A stretch of 64,000 nucleotides of DNA from a virus. A program made the position numbers and the translations under genes. Location of the stretch: positions 1-64,000 of IMG/VR virus record IMGVR_UViG_3300044996_000496, one strand, 5' to 3'. Positions 36,961-46,123 of the stretch are shown here, in pieces (the stretch's first letter is position 1; the number at the start of each line of letters is the position of its first letter). The notes beneath the pieces were generated by a model. It was not told where the DNA came from. It saw only the letters and a program-made list of their open reading frames with translations, and made no database searches.

Positions 36961-38637
36961 ATGGAGAGTAAAGTTGGCGCTCGTCCTGACAGTAACCAGG
37001 TTTGCGTTGATAGGCGTAAGCGTGAGGTTAAGTTTGTAGAACAGGTTACTGGACAAAAGGTTGAATATGGTATGAATAGCAGGGACGAGCTTGGTGGTCC
37101 TGTTATTGTTTATTATTCTGGTGATGGTCAAAAACTCGGCTCCAGCAGAGATATGCACGATTCTTCAAAATCGCATGGTGATATTGATCCTGTTGTTGGA
37201 TTTGTAGTTCCAAGAAAACAACAAACTGCTATTAAGTATTTAGACGAGGCTAGGGAGTATAATGATCAAAATGCAACAATAAATAAACAAATGGAATTAT
37301 CCAATAAATTATATTTAAATGAGGGAGTTATAGGAACTGCAATAGATATTTTGGTTGAGTTTGCTGTTACTGAACCATATTGGGAGAATGTAGATAACCA
37401 AAACGCTCTTGAAATATTAAATCAGTGGAAAGATTATTTAAATTACGGGAAACCGAATATAGTTCAGGGAATAGAGGGGTTGAGTCGCGAAATGGCTTTA
37501 GATTGGTTTATTTGTGGCAATGTTTTTCCGTTTGTATCTTGGAGTTCTAAGGCTGGAAGGCAATTTAAGTTAAGAAGAGACAATGTGTCTCTTCCAGATT
37601 CTATATCGCTTTTAAATCCTCTTGCTGTAGAGATTCCAGATGGACCAGTTGAGTTTGGGCAAAAAGTAATTTTTCTTAAATTAAGTGATAAAGTTAGGGA
37701 TGCAATTAAATATAAAGGAAACGATGATATTGAATTAAAAATTATTAGGGATAATATGAGTCAGGAATTGATAAATAGTATAATTAAATCAAAAGATGAT
37801 AAATTGTTTATTCCAATTGATCCAAGATATGTTTGTCACCTAAGGAGAAAGGGAAGAAGCTATCAGCCATATGGCGTTCCGTACTTGACGAGATCATTTG
37901 GCGCAGTTGCCCATAAAAGAAAACTGAAAGCTTTGGACGATGCTACTACAGACGGTTTGATAAATAAAATTACTGTTTTTAAGATTGGTGATAAGGACAA
38001 TCCTAAAACATGGAAGCCAGAGCGTATACGTGCATTTGCTCGCTTGTTATCTAGCCCGACCGCTACAATGTACCTAGTATGGGCGTATGATATTGATAAA
38101 ATAGAGGTTGGGCCTAGTGGAGATGTGCTAAATTTTGACAAGAAATATGAGAACGCAAACAGGGATATCCTTGAGGCGCTCGGGGTGCCGACCACACTTA
38201 TTCTTGGGGCGCAAGGCGGAAACCTGCAGGACATTTGGGTTACTGTTTTGGCACTTCTTGAACGTCTTGAAGATTTTAGAAAAAATGCTGCTATATATTT
38301 TAGCAATATTGGTAGAGAAATTATGATAAATAATGGATTTGGTAATATTTATCCAAAGCTAGAATATGGTCCGGTAATGCTTAGAAATGAAGAAAAGGTT
38401 AAAGATCTTATACTTAAGCTTTATGATAGAGGGTTGTTATCGTTTAAGACAGCCATACGTGATGCTGGTTACAGTTATGAGAAGGAACTAAAGATAAGGA
38501 GAGAAGAGGCCAAAGAAGAGCTTGATAAAGTTTTTATGCGCAGAGATCTGCCATATTCTCCTGCAAAAAATAAACAAGAATTAAATAGCCCAGAAGATGG
38601 GAGACCTAGCGATTCGAGTGATGATGGCGTAAAGTGA
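36961..38637 (+). CDS. Portal protein
   Basis: 558 aa directly after TerL; YGVPYL motif, ILEALGVP..L..G, C-terminal GRP motif. Confidence 0.8.
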   Translation: MESKVGARPDSNQVCVDRRKREVKFVEQVTGQKVEYGMNSRDELGGPVIVYYSGDGQKLGSSRDMHDSSKSHGDIDPVVGFVVPRKQQTAIKYLDEAREYNDQNATINKQMELSNKLYLNEGVIGTAIDILVEFAVTEPYWENVDNQNALEILNQWKDYLNYGKPNIVQGIEGLSREMALDWFICGNVFPFVSWSSKAGRQFKLRRDNVSLPDSISLLNPLAVEIPDGPVEFGQKVIFLKLSDKVRDAIKYKGNDDIELKIIRDNMSQELINSIIKSKDDKLFIPIDPRYVCHLRRKGRSYQPYGVPYLTRSFGAVAHKRKLKALDDATTDGLINKITVFKIGDKDNPKTWKPERIRAFARLLSSPTATMYLVWAYDIDKIEVGPSGDVLNFDKKYENANRDILEALGVPTTLILGAQGGNLQDIWVTVLALLERLEDFRKNAAIYFSNIGREIMINNGFGNIYPKLEYGPVMLRNEEKVKDLILKLYDRGLLSFKTAIRDAGYSYEKELKIRREEAKEELDKVFMRRDLPYSPAKNKQELNSPEDGRPSDSSDDGVK

Positions 38638-38664
38638 TACATTAAAACTTAGGGGGTTAAACTG

Positions 38665-39042
38665 GTGGAGCGTACAGAAAATAAAAATGATAGTAATGGT
38701 AGATCATTTAGCATTATTGCCGTTATTACAATGTTAGTTGGATTTGCAACTATATGGAATGTGATGAACGCACAAATAAATTCACTTAAGAGTACCATTG
38801 ATGCAATTGGTGTTAAGGCCGAGGCCCACTCATTTGTTGATAGTCACCCAGGTACTAGTGAAAGACTTGGCAGACTGGAAGAAAGATTATCAGCAACGGA
38901 GGCGTCAATTTGTCACACTCAAGATGTAGCCAATGTTAGACACCAGGAGATACAGATTGACACGCAAATGTTATGGAAAAAGGTTTTTGGTATCGATTAT
39001 CCGTCCAGGGAGTATTGGCCGTTTAAAGGGGGATCAAAATGA
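38665..39042 (+). CDS. Single-TM coiled-coil membrane protein
   Basis: N-terminal TM followed by heptad repeats. Confidence 0.65.
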   Translation: MERTENKNDSNGRSFSIIAVITMLVGFATIWNVMNAQINSLKSTIDAIGVKAEAHSFVDSHPGTSERLGRLEERLSATEASICHTQDVANVRHQEIQIDTQMLWKKVFGIDYPSREYWPFKGGSK

Positions 39043-39146
39043 TTTTGTCATTTGTGTTGGTAGCGTTGGCGATTTTGTTTGCGTTTGAACCCAGGCTCGT
39101 TACCAACCATTTATATCATTTGGCTGATCGAATTTTTGGTAAGTAA
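39039..39146 (+). CDS. Small hydrophobic protein (35 aa)
   Basis: Manual translation MILSFVLVALAILFAFEPRLVTNHLYHLADRIFGK; GGGGGA RBS; ATGA overlap. Confidence 0.5.
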   Translation: MILSFVLVALAILFAFEPRLVTNHLYHLADRIFGK

Positions 39147-39171
39147 TACTTATTTTCTTTAAGGAGGAAAT

Positions 39172-39966
39172 ATGTTTAAGAGAGTTGCTATAGCTATTAT
39201 TTTATGTTTTGTTATGAGTTCTAATGTTTTTGCGGACGCTCTTTCAAACTATTATTTGCAACTTATTTATGAAGAGTTAAATGGAACTGCTCCATTGGGG
39301 CGCGGTGAAGCTGTAACTGACTCTATGCTCCTAGAGTGGATTCTTGATTCTTTGGAGGTTATAACTGTCCAAGATTCTACTCAAATTTCTCTATATAATA
39401 CTTTATTTGAGATTAAGGATTCTTTAGTATCTAAGTTAGATTCGGTAATTTCGTGTAATTTGATTTTGGCGGATAAGCAGGACTCATCTTTAGGCTGGCT
39501 TGGTTCTATAGATTCAACGGCCAATGATATGGAGGTTACTTTGAATGCAATACAGGCTTCTATCGATGATAGTGTTATTGCCAAACTGAATCTTATCTTT
39601 AGGGAACTTGAACCCTCTGATACGATGGCGATATTCCAATATCCAAGTGCATCTCTTGAATTGAACGATTCTTTTACTGTTATTTTAGCGAATACGGATA
39701 GTAGCGTGTATTATCCTTCAAAGTTTTGGGGATATGATCTAGTAAAATATGGAACAAATGATGGACCAATTAGGGCCATTTTACATTTTACAAGTGGTCA
39801 TATTGATACTTTGGATATTCCATTTACTGGCCTGAGTCTTGGTGCGCAGGGGAGTTTTCTTCCTTCTGCCGTTTTTTACCCAATGGAATTGGATTCGATT
39901 CGTATTAAGTGTACGGAGGCACTTGATTACTTGTCTATATTTTGGTTTGCTAAACATACTCAGTAA
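39172..39966 (+). CDS. Secreted protein A, rich in D-(S/T) sequons; paralogue of 41756..42526
   Basis: Signal peptide ending VFA|D; AAGGAGG RBS; 13 of 21 Asp followed by S/T (manual count). Confidence 0.8.
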   Translation: MFKRVAIAIILCFVMSSNVFADALSNYYLQLIYEELNGTAPLGRGEAVTDSMLLEWILDSLEVITVQDSTQISLYNTLFEIKDSLVSKLDSVISCNLILADKQDSSLGWLGSIDSTANDMEVTLNAIQASIDDSVIAKLNLIFRELEPSDTMAIFQYPSASLELNDSFTVILANTDSSVYYPSKFWGYDLVKYGTNDGPIRAILHFTSGHIDTLDIPFTGLSLGAQGSFLPSAVFYPMELDSIRIKCTEALDYLSIFWFAKHTQ

Positions 39967-39972
39967 TGGAGT

Positions 39973-40089
39973 GTGAAAGTGGGCGACGACGAAGGTTGGG
40001 ACATTTTCACCGTATGTTTTAGAAATTTTGTTATTTTTGTTGTTTGTATTTTTATTGCCGTTGTCGTTATTTCTTATGTTTGTAAATAA
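39973..40089 (+). CDS. Small single-TM protein
   Basis: Manual translation MKVGDDEGWDIFTVCFRNFVIFVVCIFIAVVVISYVCK. Confidence 0.45.
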   Translation: MKVGDDEGWDIFTVCFRNFVIFVVCIFIAVVVISYVCK

Positions 40090-40102
40090 GGAGTGGTTTG
40101 AC

Positions 40103-40948
40103 ATGAGGGTTTTGAGTTTATTTTTAATTTTATTGTTTAGTTCTTTAAGTTTTGCCGATACGGCTCGACCTTTGATAAGCACGAGTTTTGAAGATGGTTT
40201 TGCCGGATTGGCCGGATTAGGGGCTGATACGTTAGAGTGGGGTATAGTGTTATACAATGGGGACGGCGCGAGCTGTTATATTGATTCAACGGTTTCTTAT
40301 TTGGGTTCTAAATCTTTAGCGGTTACTGGAGATTCTGGAGCAGCTGGCATAAGGTGCTGGGCTGAGATTTTCTTTCCTATGAGCAAATGGTTACACGTTA
40401 GGTATATGGCTCGTTATGATCGGCCATTTGTTGGTCTTGGAGAGCATCCATCTGGATTGATACACTATTGGAATGACGTTAAAGATAACCCAATTGGTGA
40501 TGGTAAAAAAATGTGCAGAATTGGTTTACAATCCTCAAGTGTAACCCTTATGTCGTGCGGACTGGAAGACACACTTCGAGTGTTGCCGTCAGATTCGTTG
40601 GCGCTTTATTTTGTTACACGCGATGATACATGTGGTTTGAATTCGCAGTTACCGACTAGGTGTTATGGAATTATCAAAAGGGATGAATGGCATCGTTATG
40701 ACATAATAATGAAAAATGAGTCAAGTGGATATATTAAGCGTTATGTTGATGGCAAATTGGTTTATTCTGAATCAGCAGTATTGGATACATCTGCGGCGAA
40801 TTATTTGCATCTTGGAATTTGGAATTCTTTTGGTACTCAGATTGGTGAAGGTTCTTATTATTATGATTGTTTATTAGTTGATACTTCATATAGTATTCCG
40901 TGTCGTGCGGCAGAGTTGGGGCTTGATTCGCTTCCGATGAGAAGGTAG
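40103..40948 (+). CDS. Secreted protein B, ConA/LamG-like beta-sandwich (lectin or lyase-like), D-(S/T)-rich
   Basis: Signal ending SFA|D; SFEDG, G.KSL, EWHRYDI...G.I..YVDGKLV, YYDCL.V; ATG 40103 after AAGGAG. Confidence 0.7.
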   Translation: MRVLSLFLILLFSSLSFADTARPLISTSFEDGFAGLAGLGADTLEWGIVLYNGDGASCYIDSTVSYLGSKSLAVTGDSGAAGIRCWAEIFFPMSKWLHVRYMARYDRPFVGLGEHPSGLIHYWNDVKDNPIGDGKKMCRIGLQSSSVTLMSCGLEDTLRVLPSDSLALYFVTRDDTCGLNSQLPTRCYGIIKRDEWHRYDIIMKNESSGYIKRYVDGKLVYSESAVLDTSAANYLHLGIWNSFGTQIGEGSYYYDCLLVDTSYSIPCRAAELGLDSLPMRR

Positions 40949-40956
40949 GTGTTGAT

Positions 40957-41739
40957 GTGAAGAAAATTATTGTTGGGATTATATGTTTAACTTTTATTTC
41001 AAGTTTAGTTTTTCCGTCCTCTCGGATTTTTTATGCTGGCATGGAAACTGGAGATTTTAGTGAATTTTCTAGCACAAGAACGAACGGGACTGCAACATTA
41101 ACAAATACTGGGGTATATCAGTTTTGCGGAACAAAGAGTGCAATGTCATCTGTCTCATCTGGTGTTAGTAGTAGAGCATTTGCAAACAAAGGAATTACGT
41201 CATCCAGTTATTTGCATATCAAGACAAGATTTTGCAATCAGTGGGATTCTGGTGGCTCAAACCCTAAAACAATTTTTGGATGTTTTAAAGTTAGTGACGG
41301 AACAAATTCAAGATTGACGGTTCGTTTAAAAGATGCAACTCCGAGTAATTATAATAGTAACTTTACATTCAATGTTGCGGTAAAAGATTCTGCGGCTCAT
41401 GCAAATATTTCGACCGACATTGCTACTCCATTGGTTACTGACAGTGTATGGTTTGATTTTGATGTTTTTATTTCAAAGGGTGTATCAGATGGAGAAATTT
41501 CTCTTTGGGTAAACGGAGTTTTACTGCTATCGCTTGATACACTACATACAAGTGGTGCCATGCCAGATAGTATTTCTTGGGGATGCATAGCAGGTTGGAC
41601 CACTGGAGATATTGGTACTGTTTGTTTTGATGAAATTGTTATGGACACGATGAGTTGTGGCCCTCCGTGTGGTTTGGTTTTTAGAAATGGAATTAGACAG
41701 GTTTGGTCTGGGATGAAGAGTTGGTTTTCATGGCTATAG
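40957..41739 (+). CDS. Secreted protein B', ConA/LamG-like beta-sandwich, D-(S/T)-rich
   Basis: Signal peptide; GMETGDFSEF, GTKSA, WF.F.V...DGEISLWVNG, FDEIVM. Confidence 0.7.
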   Translation: MKKIIVGIICLTFISSLVFPSSRIFYAGMETGDFSEFSSTRTNGTATLTNTGVYQFCGTKSAMSSVSSGVSSRAFANKGITSSSYLHIKTRFCNQWDSGGSNPKTIFGCFKVSDGTNSRLTVRLKDATPSNYNSNFTFNVAVKDSAAHANISTDIATPLVTDSVWFDFDVFISKGVSDGEISLWVNGVLLLSLDTLHTSGAMPDSISWGCIAGWTTGDIGTVCFDEIVMDTMSCGPPCGLVFRNGIRQVWSGMKSWFSWL

Positions 41740-41755
41740 ATTGGGGGAGTGTTTC

Positions 41756-42526
41756 TTGAAAAAATTATTTAGTGTTCTATTTTTCTTACTTGTTGTTTTT
41801 CAATCGTTTGGATTCTGCGATCAGGATTTTGATGCAATTTCTAATTATTATTTAAATGAAATTCACAAAATATATATGGGAACAGGAGTGGCGAGGACAG
41901 ATTCTCTACTGTATGAGCTGATCCGCAGTGAATTGGGAAAACAGAAGCTTCAGGATACAACACAAATTAAGGTTTATGATTTAGCCGATACAATATTAAC
42001 TATATTTGTAACAAAAGCGGACTCTATGATTTTGTGTAATCTTGATTATGGTATATTACAAGACAGTATAAACGCTAAATTATACGGAATTGATGGATCT
42101 TTTACTGCAGCAGAGGAAACACTAAATTTTATTCAAAATGTAATTGATGACAGTGTTTCTTCAAAACTTAATTTAATTGAGTATAACATTGCTCCGAAAG
42201 ATACGTGTCTTATAAGGCTTTTCTCTTCTCTTGCTGCGGATTCTACGTTTCTTATTTATTACCCAGGATATCCGTCTTTTCGGTGGAGTTATAATTTTGT
42301 GAGATATACCACAAATGATGGTCCAATTAGGTTTTTGCTATATTTTACTAGTGGGCGTGCCGATACTTTAGACGCTCCGTTTACTGCCCTAAATATTGGT
42401 GCTTTGGGTGGATTTTTACCACAACCCGTTGTTTTTTCGATGGAGCTTGATTCTATTCGAGTTACTGCTACTGGGGCGTTGAGTTACTTGGAGGTTATTT
42501 GGTACGCGAAACATACTTTGCAATAA
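41756..42526 (+). CDS. Secreted protein A', paralogue of 39172..39966
   Basis: TTG start after GGGGGAG; shares DA.SNYYL, IDDSV..KLNLI, TNDGPIR, FTSG..DTLD.PFT, MELDSIR and W.AKHT. Confidence 0.8.
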   Translation: MKKLFSVLFFLLVVFQSFGFCDQDFDAISNYYLNEIHKIYMGTGVARTDSLLYELIRSELGKQKLQDTTQIKVYDLADTILTIFVTKADSMILCNLDYGILQDSINAKLYGIDGSFTAAEETLNFIQNVIDDSVSSKLNLIEYNIAPKDTCLIRLFSSLAADSTFLIYYPGYPSFRWSYNFVRYTTNDGPIRFLLYFTSGRADTLDAPFTALNIGALGGFLPQPVVFSMELDSIRVTATGALSYLEVIWYAKHTLQ

Positions 42527-42595
42527 TTTATTAGCACAATAGTTGTTGATTTTATTGTTATTAATGTATATAGTTTATGAAAGGAGTTTTATACA

Positions 42596-44389
42596 GTGGA
42601 AAACAGTTTGTCCGTAGGCACAGTAAGCGCACTTGACGGCACACTAGTTGTTGATGATTTAATTATTGCGTATGTTAAGAAAACTCCCAATAAAAATGAA
42701 TGGTGTATTTATTCAAAAAGCGGAAAAAAGATGGGATGTTATAAAACTAAGGATGAGGCTGTTGAGAGACTTAGACAAATAGAATATTTTAAACATAATA
42801 AAGCAAATGAATTTATTGATGTTGATGATGTTATTGCGTCATTTGTAATTTATAATTTAGTTTTAAATGGTAGTGAAATTGATGTTTGTGATTATTTTGA
42901 TGAATATTTGTGTGGATGTGATGAGTTAGCAGAGGGTGTTGATGTTACCGAGAATTATTTGCGTTTTAGGCAAACGGAACCAGATAAATATGATTCTTTC
43001 AGAATTATTAACATAAGTGTTAAACAAGGTATTAAAGCCGTTTTGGGGATAATTAATGGACCACCAAAAAAAACAGAAATACAATCTTATTTGTTTGATA
43101 AGAGTAAGTGGACGACCAAGGATGCGACAAAGTGGATTAAAGATCATGGCAAGAAAGCATCAGCGTCAGCTAATTCCAATATGTTAAGAATAAAGTTTAA
43201 TGTATCTGATGTGAAAATTGAACAGCCTGATGCTGTGGCGATTGCTAACATAGACTCATTTTTTGATGAAATTGATAAAAATAGACAAAAAGATTTAATG
43301 TATATAGCATTTAAGCTTGTTCACGAGGGCACGAATGCAAATTTAGATCATTTTTTGTATGATGAGTTAAAGTCTGCGCAAAAAACGCCTATAAATAAAC
43401 CATTGAATTGGCTGCATTGGGAACCAAATATTGGTGTTATTTATGACGCGACTTTAGTTGACGCTACTGATATTGAAGGGGCATATATTGAGGCCCATGC
43501 AGTAGTTTGGAAGTATAAGTATCGCGATTATGCTATGGAAATCGAAAACCGTCATAGCGAGGGAGAGCTTTTCTTTAGCATGGAAGTATGGTATTCGCAG
43601 TCAGAGTGCCCAATTTGTAAGAAAACATACAGTGCTAGGGAAGAAGCTGCTGGCAAAACCTGTGAACATTTGGCTAGTAGATTTTACGAAAGAGCGGAAG
43701 ACCCTAACATGGCAACATGTTACCGCATACTTCGAGGTCTTACATTTGGAGGTGCTGCTGTAGTTGATCTCCCGGCTGATAAGGGAGCGGAGGCTTTGGC
43801 GGTTGCCTCCAAAAACAAAGCTGATAGTGATAAGGAGGTGTTTGATGCTATGAAGCGACTTGATGATGGGACGTTAGTTTATACTGAAGCAGAGATAGAA
43901 GAGCTTAAGGATAAGGTTAGAGCAAGCGTCCGCGAGGAATTGAGTAACGAGGGTGCCCATGCTAAGGAGTTGGAGGATCGCGATAAACAGATAGCTGATC
44001 TGCAAAAGACAATTGAGGGCTTAAACACAGAGTTAGCCGAGGCACAGAAGAAGCTGGATGAAACAATAAAAGAATTTGATGAGCATAAGTCTAGTATAGA
44101 GAAAGAAAAGCTTGTAGCGAAAAGAACGGCTAGTTTGATAGAGGCAGGATATCAGTTTAGTCAAGATGAAAAGGAAAAAGAAGCTGTTATTGCCTCGTTT
44201 GTTGCTATGGATGAGAATGCATTTGAATTTGTATTAAAGACAATTAAGGATAAGAATGAGGAAGTGGCAGCAGCTACTGCAAGTAGAAAAACTGGTGGAG
44301 TTCCAGTTGGTTCTACGGTAACTTCCTCGGGCGGAACAACGCTTGGGCAAAAGATGAGCAAGATTAAGGATTTATTGACAAAGGTTTAA
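42596..44389 (+). CDS. Prohead protease / scaffold fusion with extra N-terminal domains
   Basis: Position before capsid genes; H.GTN.N.D.F, KPLN..H, FSMEV..ECPIC, F.G.AVV..PAD; C-terminal coiled coil. Confidence 0.75.
   Translation: MENSLSVGTVSALDGTLVVDDLIIAYVKKTPNKNEWCIYSKSGKKMGCYKTKDEAVERLRQIEYFKHNKANEFIDVDDVIASFVIYNLVLNGSEIDVCDYFDEYLCGCDELAEGVDVTENYLRFRQTEPDKYDSFRIINISVKQGIKAVLGIINGPPKKTEIQSYLFDKSKWTTKDATKWIKDHGKKASASANSNMLRIKFNVSDVKIEQPDAVAIANIDSFFDEIDKNRQKDLMYIAFKLVHEGTNANLDHFLYDELKSAQKTPINKPLNWLHWEPNIGVIYDATLVDATDIEGAYIEAHAVVWKYKYRDYAMEIENRHSEGELFFSMEVWYSQSECPICKKTYSAREEAAGKTCEHLASRFYERAEDPNMATCYRILRGLTFGGAAVVDLPADKGAEALAVASKNKADSDKEVFDAMKRLDDGTLVYTEAEIEELKDKVRASVREELSNEGAHAKELEDRDKQIADLQKTIEGLNTELAEAQKKLDETIKEFDEHKSSIEKEKLVAKRTASLIEAGYQFSQDEKEKEAVIASFVAMDENAFEFVLKTIKDKNEEVAAATASRKTGGVPVGSTVTSSGGTTLGQKMSKIKDLLTKV
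43850..44389 (+). CDS. Nested in-frame scaffolding protein (internal start)
   Basis: Perfect SD TAAGGAGGTG at 43831-43840 before in-frame ATG 43850, at the start of the coiled coil. Confidence 0.55.
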   Translation: MKRLDDGTLVYTEAEIEELKDKVRASVREELSNEGAHAKELEDRDKQIADLQKTIEGLNTELAEAQKKLDETIKEFDEHKSSIEKEKLVAKRTASLIEAGYQFSQDEKEKEAVIASFVAMDENAFEFVLKTIKDKNEEVAAATASRKTGGVPVGSTVTSSGGTTLGQKMSKIKDLLTKV

Positions 44390-44428
44390 TTTAATTGTTT
44401 TACATTGCACTGCAGGGGGGTGAGATAG

Positions 44429-45079
44429 TTGATAAGTGTAAAGGTTCATGGATTGAATGATTTTGCGTATGCTGGTGAGGCGTTGACGAAAGGTAGATTT
44501 GTTTATTTTGCTGGATTTTTTGCCGCTGGTGACGCCGCAAAAGCAACTCCTGGGTATTCTTCAAATGGAGATAGAAAAGTTTTGGTTGCTAATGGATTCA
44601 CTCTTCATGGAATTCCGTCTATTATGTTTACCGCTGGTGCTCCGACGCTTTCCGGCGGCATGGCCGCTCCAAAGGACGTATACCCGTGCAATAAGCTAGA
44701 GTATACAATTGAGGACTCAGATTATGAGCTAGATGCTATTGCATCAGGGGAGTCGTGCTTGTTCTATCGTTCTGGTCAATATCAGACCGACCAGTGGTCA
44801 CAGGGTGACGCAACTACAACTGACATGACTGCAGCAGAGTTTGGGGCATTGTTGTATCTTGATAATCTTGGTAGGCTAACTCGTTCAACTGGATACACAA
44901 TCAGTGGTTTCGTTGTAGCAAGATTTATTAATTTGACAGCAGAGCCTTCTGCAACTGGCGCTGGTGTTGCGTATCCAAACTGGCAGTACAGTTTTTATAC
45001 CTTGGTAAATCATGCACAGACTGGTACAGCCTCTAACTCGGCTAGATTATTGTGGTTTGATCTAATTTCCGCTGCTTAG
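44429..45079 (+). CDS. Putative capsid decoration/cement protein
   Basis: Lies between scaffold and MCP; AGEALTKG..VY and G..LYLD..G.LT patterns. Confidence 0.6.
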   Translation: MISVKVHGLNDFAYAGEALTKGRFVYFAGFFAAGDAAKATPGYSSNGDRKVLVANGFTLHGIPSIMFTAGAPTLSGGMAAPKDVYPCNKLEYTIEDSDYELDAIASGESCLFYRSGQYQTDQWSQGDATTTDMTAAEFGALLYLDNLGRLTRSTGYTISGFVVARFINLTAEPSATGAGVAYPNWQYSFYTLVNHAQTGTASNSARLLWFDLISAA

Positions 45080-45083
45080 TAAA

Positions 45084-45115
45084 CCTTCAGGGGGGGGCAA
45101 TACCCCCTCCTGAGG
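45084..45115 (+). promoter_or_regulatory. GC-rich stem-loop upstream of the major capsid gene
   Basis: CCTTCAGGGGGGGG-CAATA-CCCCCTCCTGAGG; no U tract, so possibly an mRNA processing or stability hairpin. Confidence 0.5.
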
Positions 45116-45146
45116 CAAATAGTTAGTTTTAAGGGGGTGAAATAGG

Positions 45147-46064
45147 GTGGATATAGAAAAATTAACTTACAGAGAAATTGATATTGAATTACAAAAGGCA
45201 TTGGCGTCTATAAACTGGAGGGATCCGCAAGAACGTTCGGCATTTGCTGAGACTATTGTGGAGGTTGTTAAGTATGATGTTGAAAGAGACAATCTAATAG
45301 ATTTGTTTGCCGAACAGGAGGTTATTCCAGTTGGAGCCTCGAAAGAATGGGTTGTTCGTAAGGGCATAAAAGCTTACATTCATGAGCCTGGTTCATATGC
45401 TCCAAGATCAACGATTACTAACATTACCAACACAATCCAGTCTGAAATGGCATCGGTCCATCCTCAGATGGAGCTTGGCCAGCTAGAGTCCGGTCGCTAT
45501 GGAACCGTTGCTGATATACGAAAAATGTGCAAGGATGAGCTTTTGGGAATGAAGTATGGCACAATTTGGAACGTTATGATAGCGTCAATTGCTTCTAGTG
45601 ATAGCAACTATCAAACGTATTCTGCAACAAATGATAATTTGGTTACAAAGAAAAACGTACTGGTTTCTGGTTTGAAGTGGGTAAATGATATAGGTCAAGG
45701 GGCTAAGGCCATAGTTGGTAGATATTCCCTTGTTTCTGACATTACTGAATTTGATGGATATTCAGAAACGTGGAAAGAGCAGGTAGACAGAGAGGGATTC
45801 CTTGGTGCATTTAGAGGAGTTCCTATTTTGTCACTTAAGCAATACACCAATGGTGATGGCATTAGGATGATTAATGCTGATAACGTATTTATTTCTTCAA
45901 ATGGAACGGCCAAAATTGCAGTAACCCAGGAATTGCGCGTTGAGGAAGATAAGGATATTGATACATTGTTCTGGCATATGCATATGTACGAGAAGTACGG
46001 ATGTGCAGTGTTCTTCCCTGAGCGAAATTACAGAATTGCTGTTACAAGCAGTCCTTGGGGTTAG
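45147..46064 (+). CDS. Major capsid protein (HK97-fold)
   Basis: 305 aa; canonical position; strong RBS; G..G.FRGVPI..L and YEKYG.AV..P motifs. Confidence 0.8.
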   Translation: MDIEKLTYREIDIELQKALASINWRDPQERSAFAETIVEVVKYDVERDNLIDLFAEQEVIPVGASKEWVVRKGIKAYIHEPGSYAPRSTITNITNTIQSEMASVHPQMELGQLESGRYGTVADIRKMCKDELLGMKYGTIWNVMIASIASSDSNYQTYSATNDNLVTKKNVLVSGLKWVNDIGQGAKAIVGRYSLVSDITEFDGYSETWKEQVDREGFLGAFRGVPILSLKQYTNGDGIRMINADNVFISSNGTAKIAVTQELRVEEDKDIDTLFWHMHMYEKYGCAVFFPERNYRIAVTSSPWG

Positions 46065-46083
46065 TATTCGGCAAGTAAGCCGG

Positions 46084-46102
46084 GGCGAGATTTTTCTCGC
46101 CC
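46084..46102 (+). terminator. Stem-loop after the major capsid gene (weak terminator or attenuator)
   Basis: GGGCGAGA...TCTCGCCC inverted repeat without a long U tract. Confidence 0.45.
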
Positions 46103-46123
46103 TCAGTTCGAGGGAAGGAGAGG

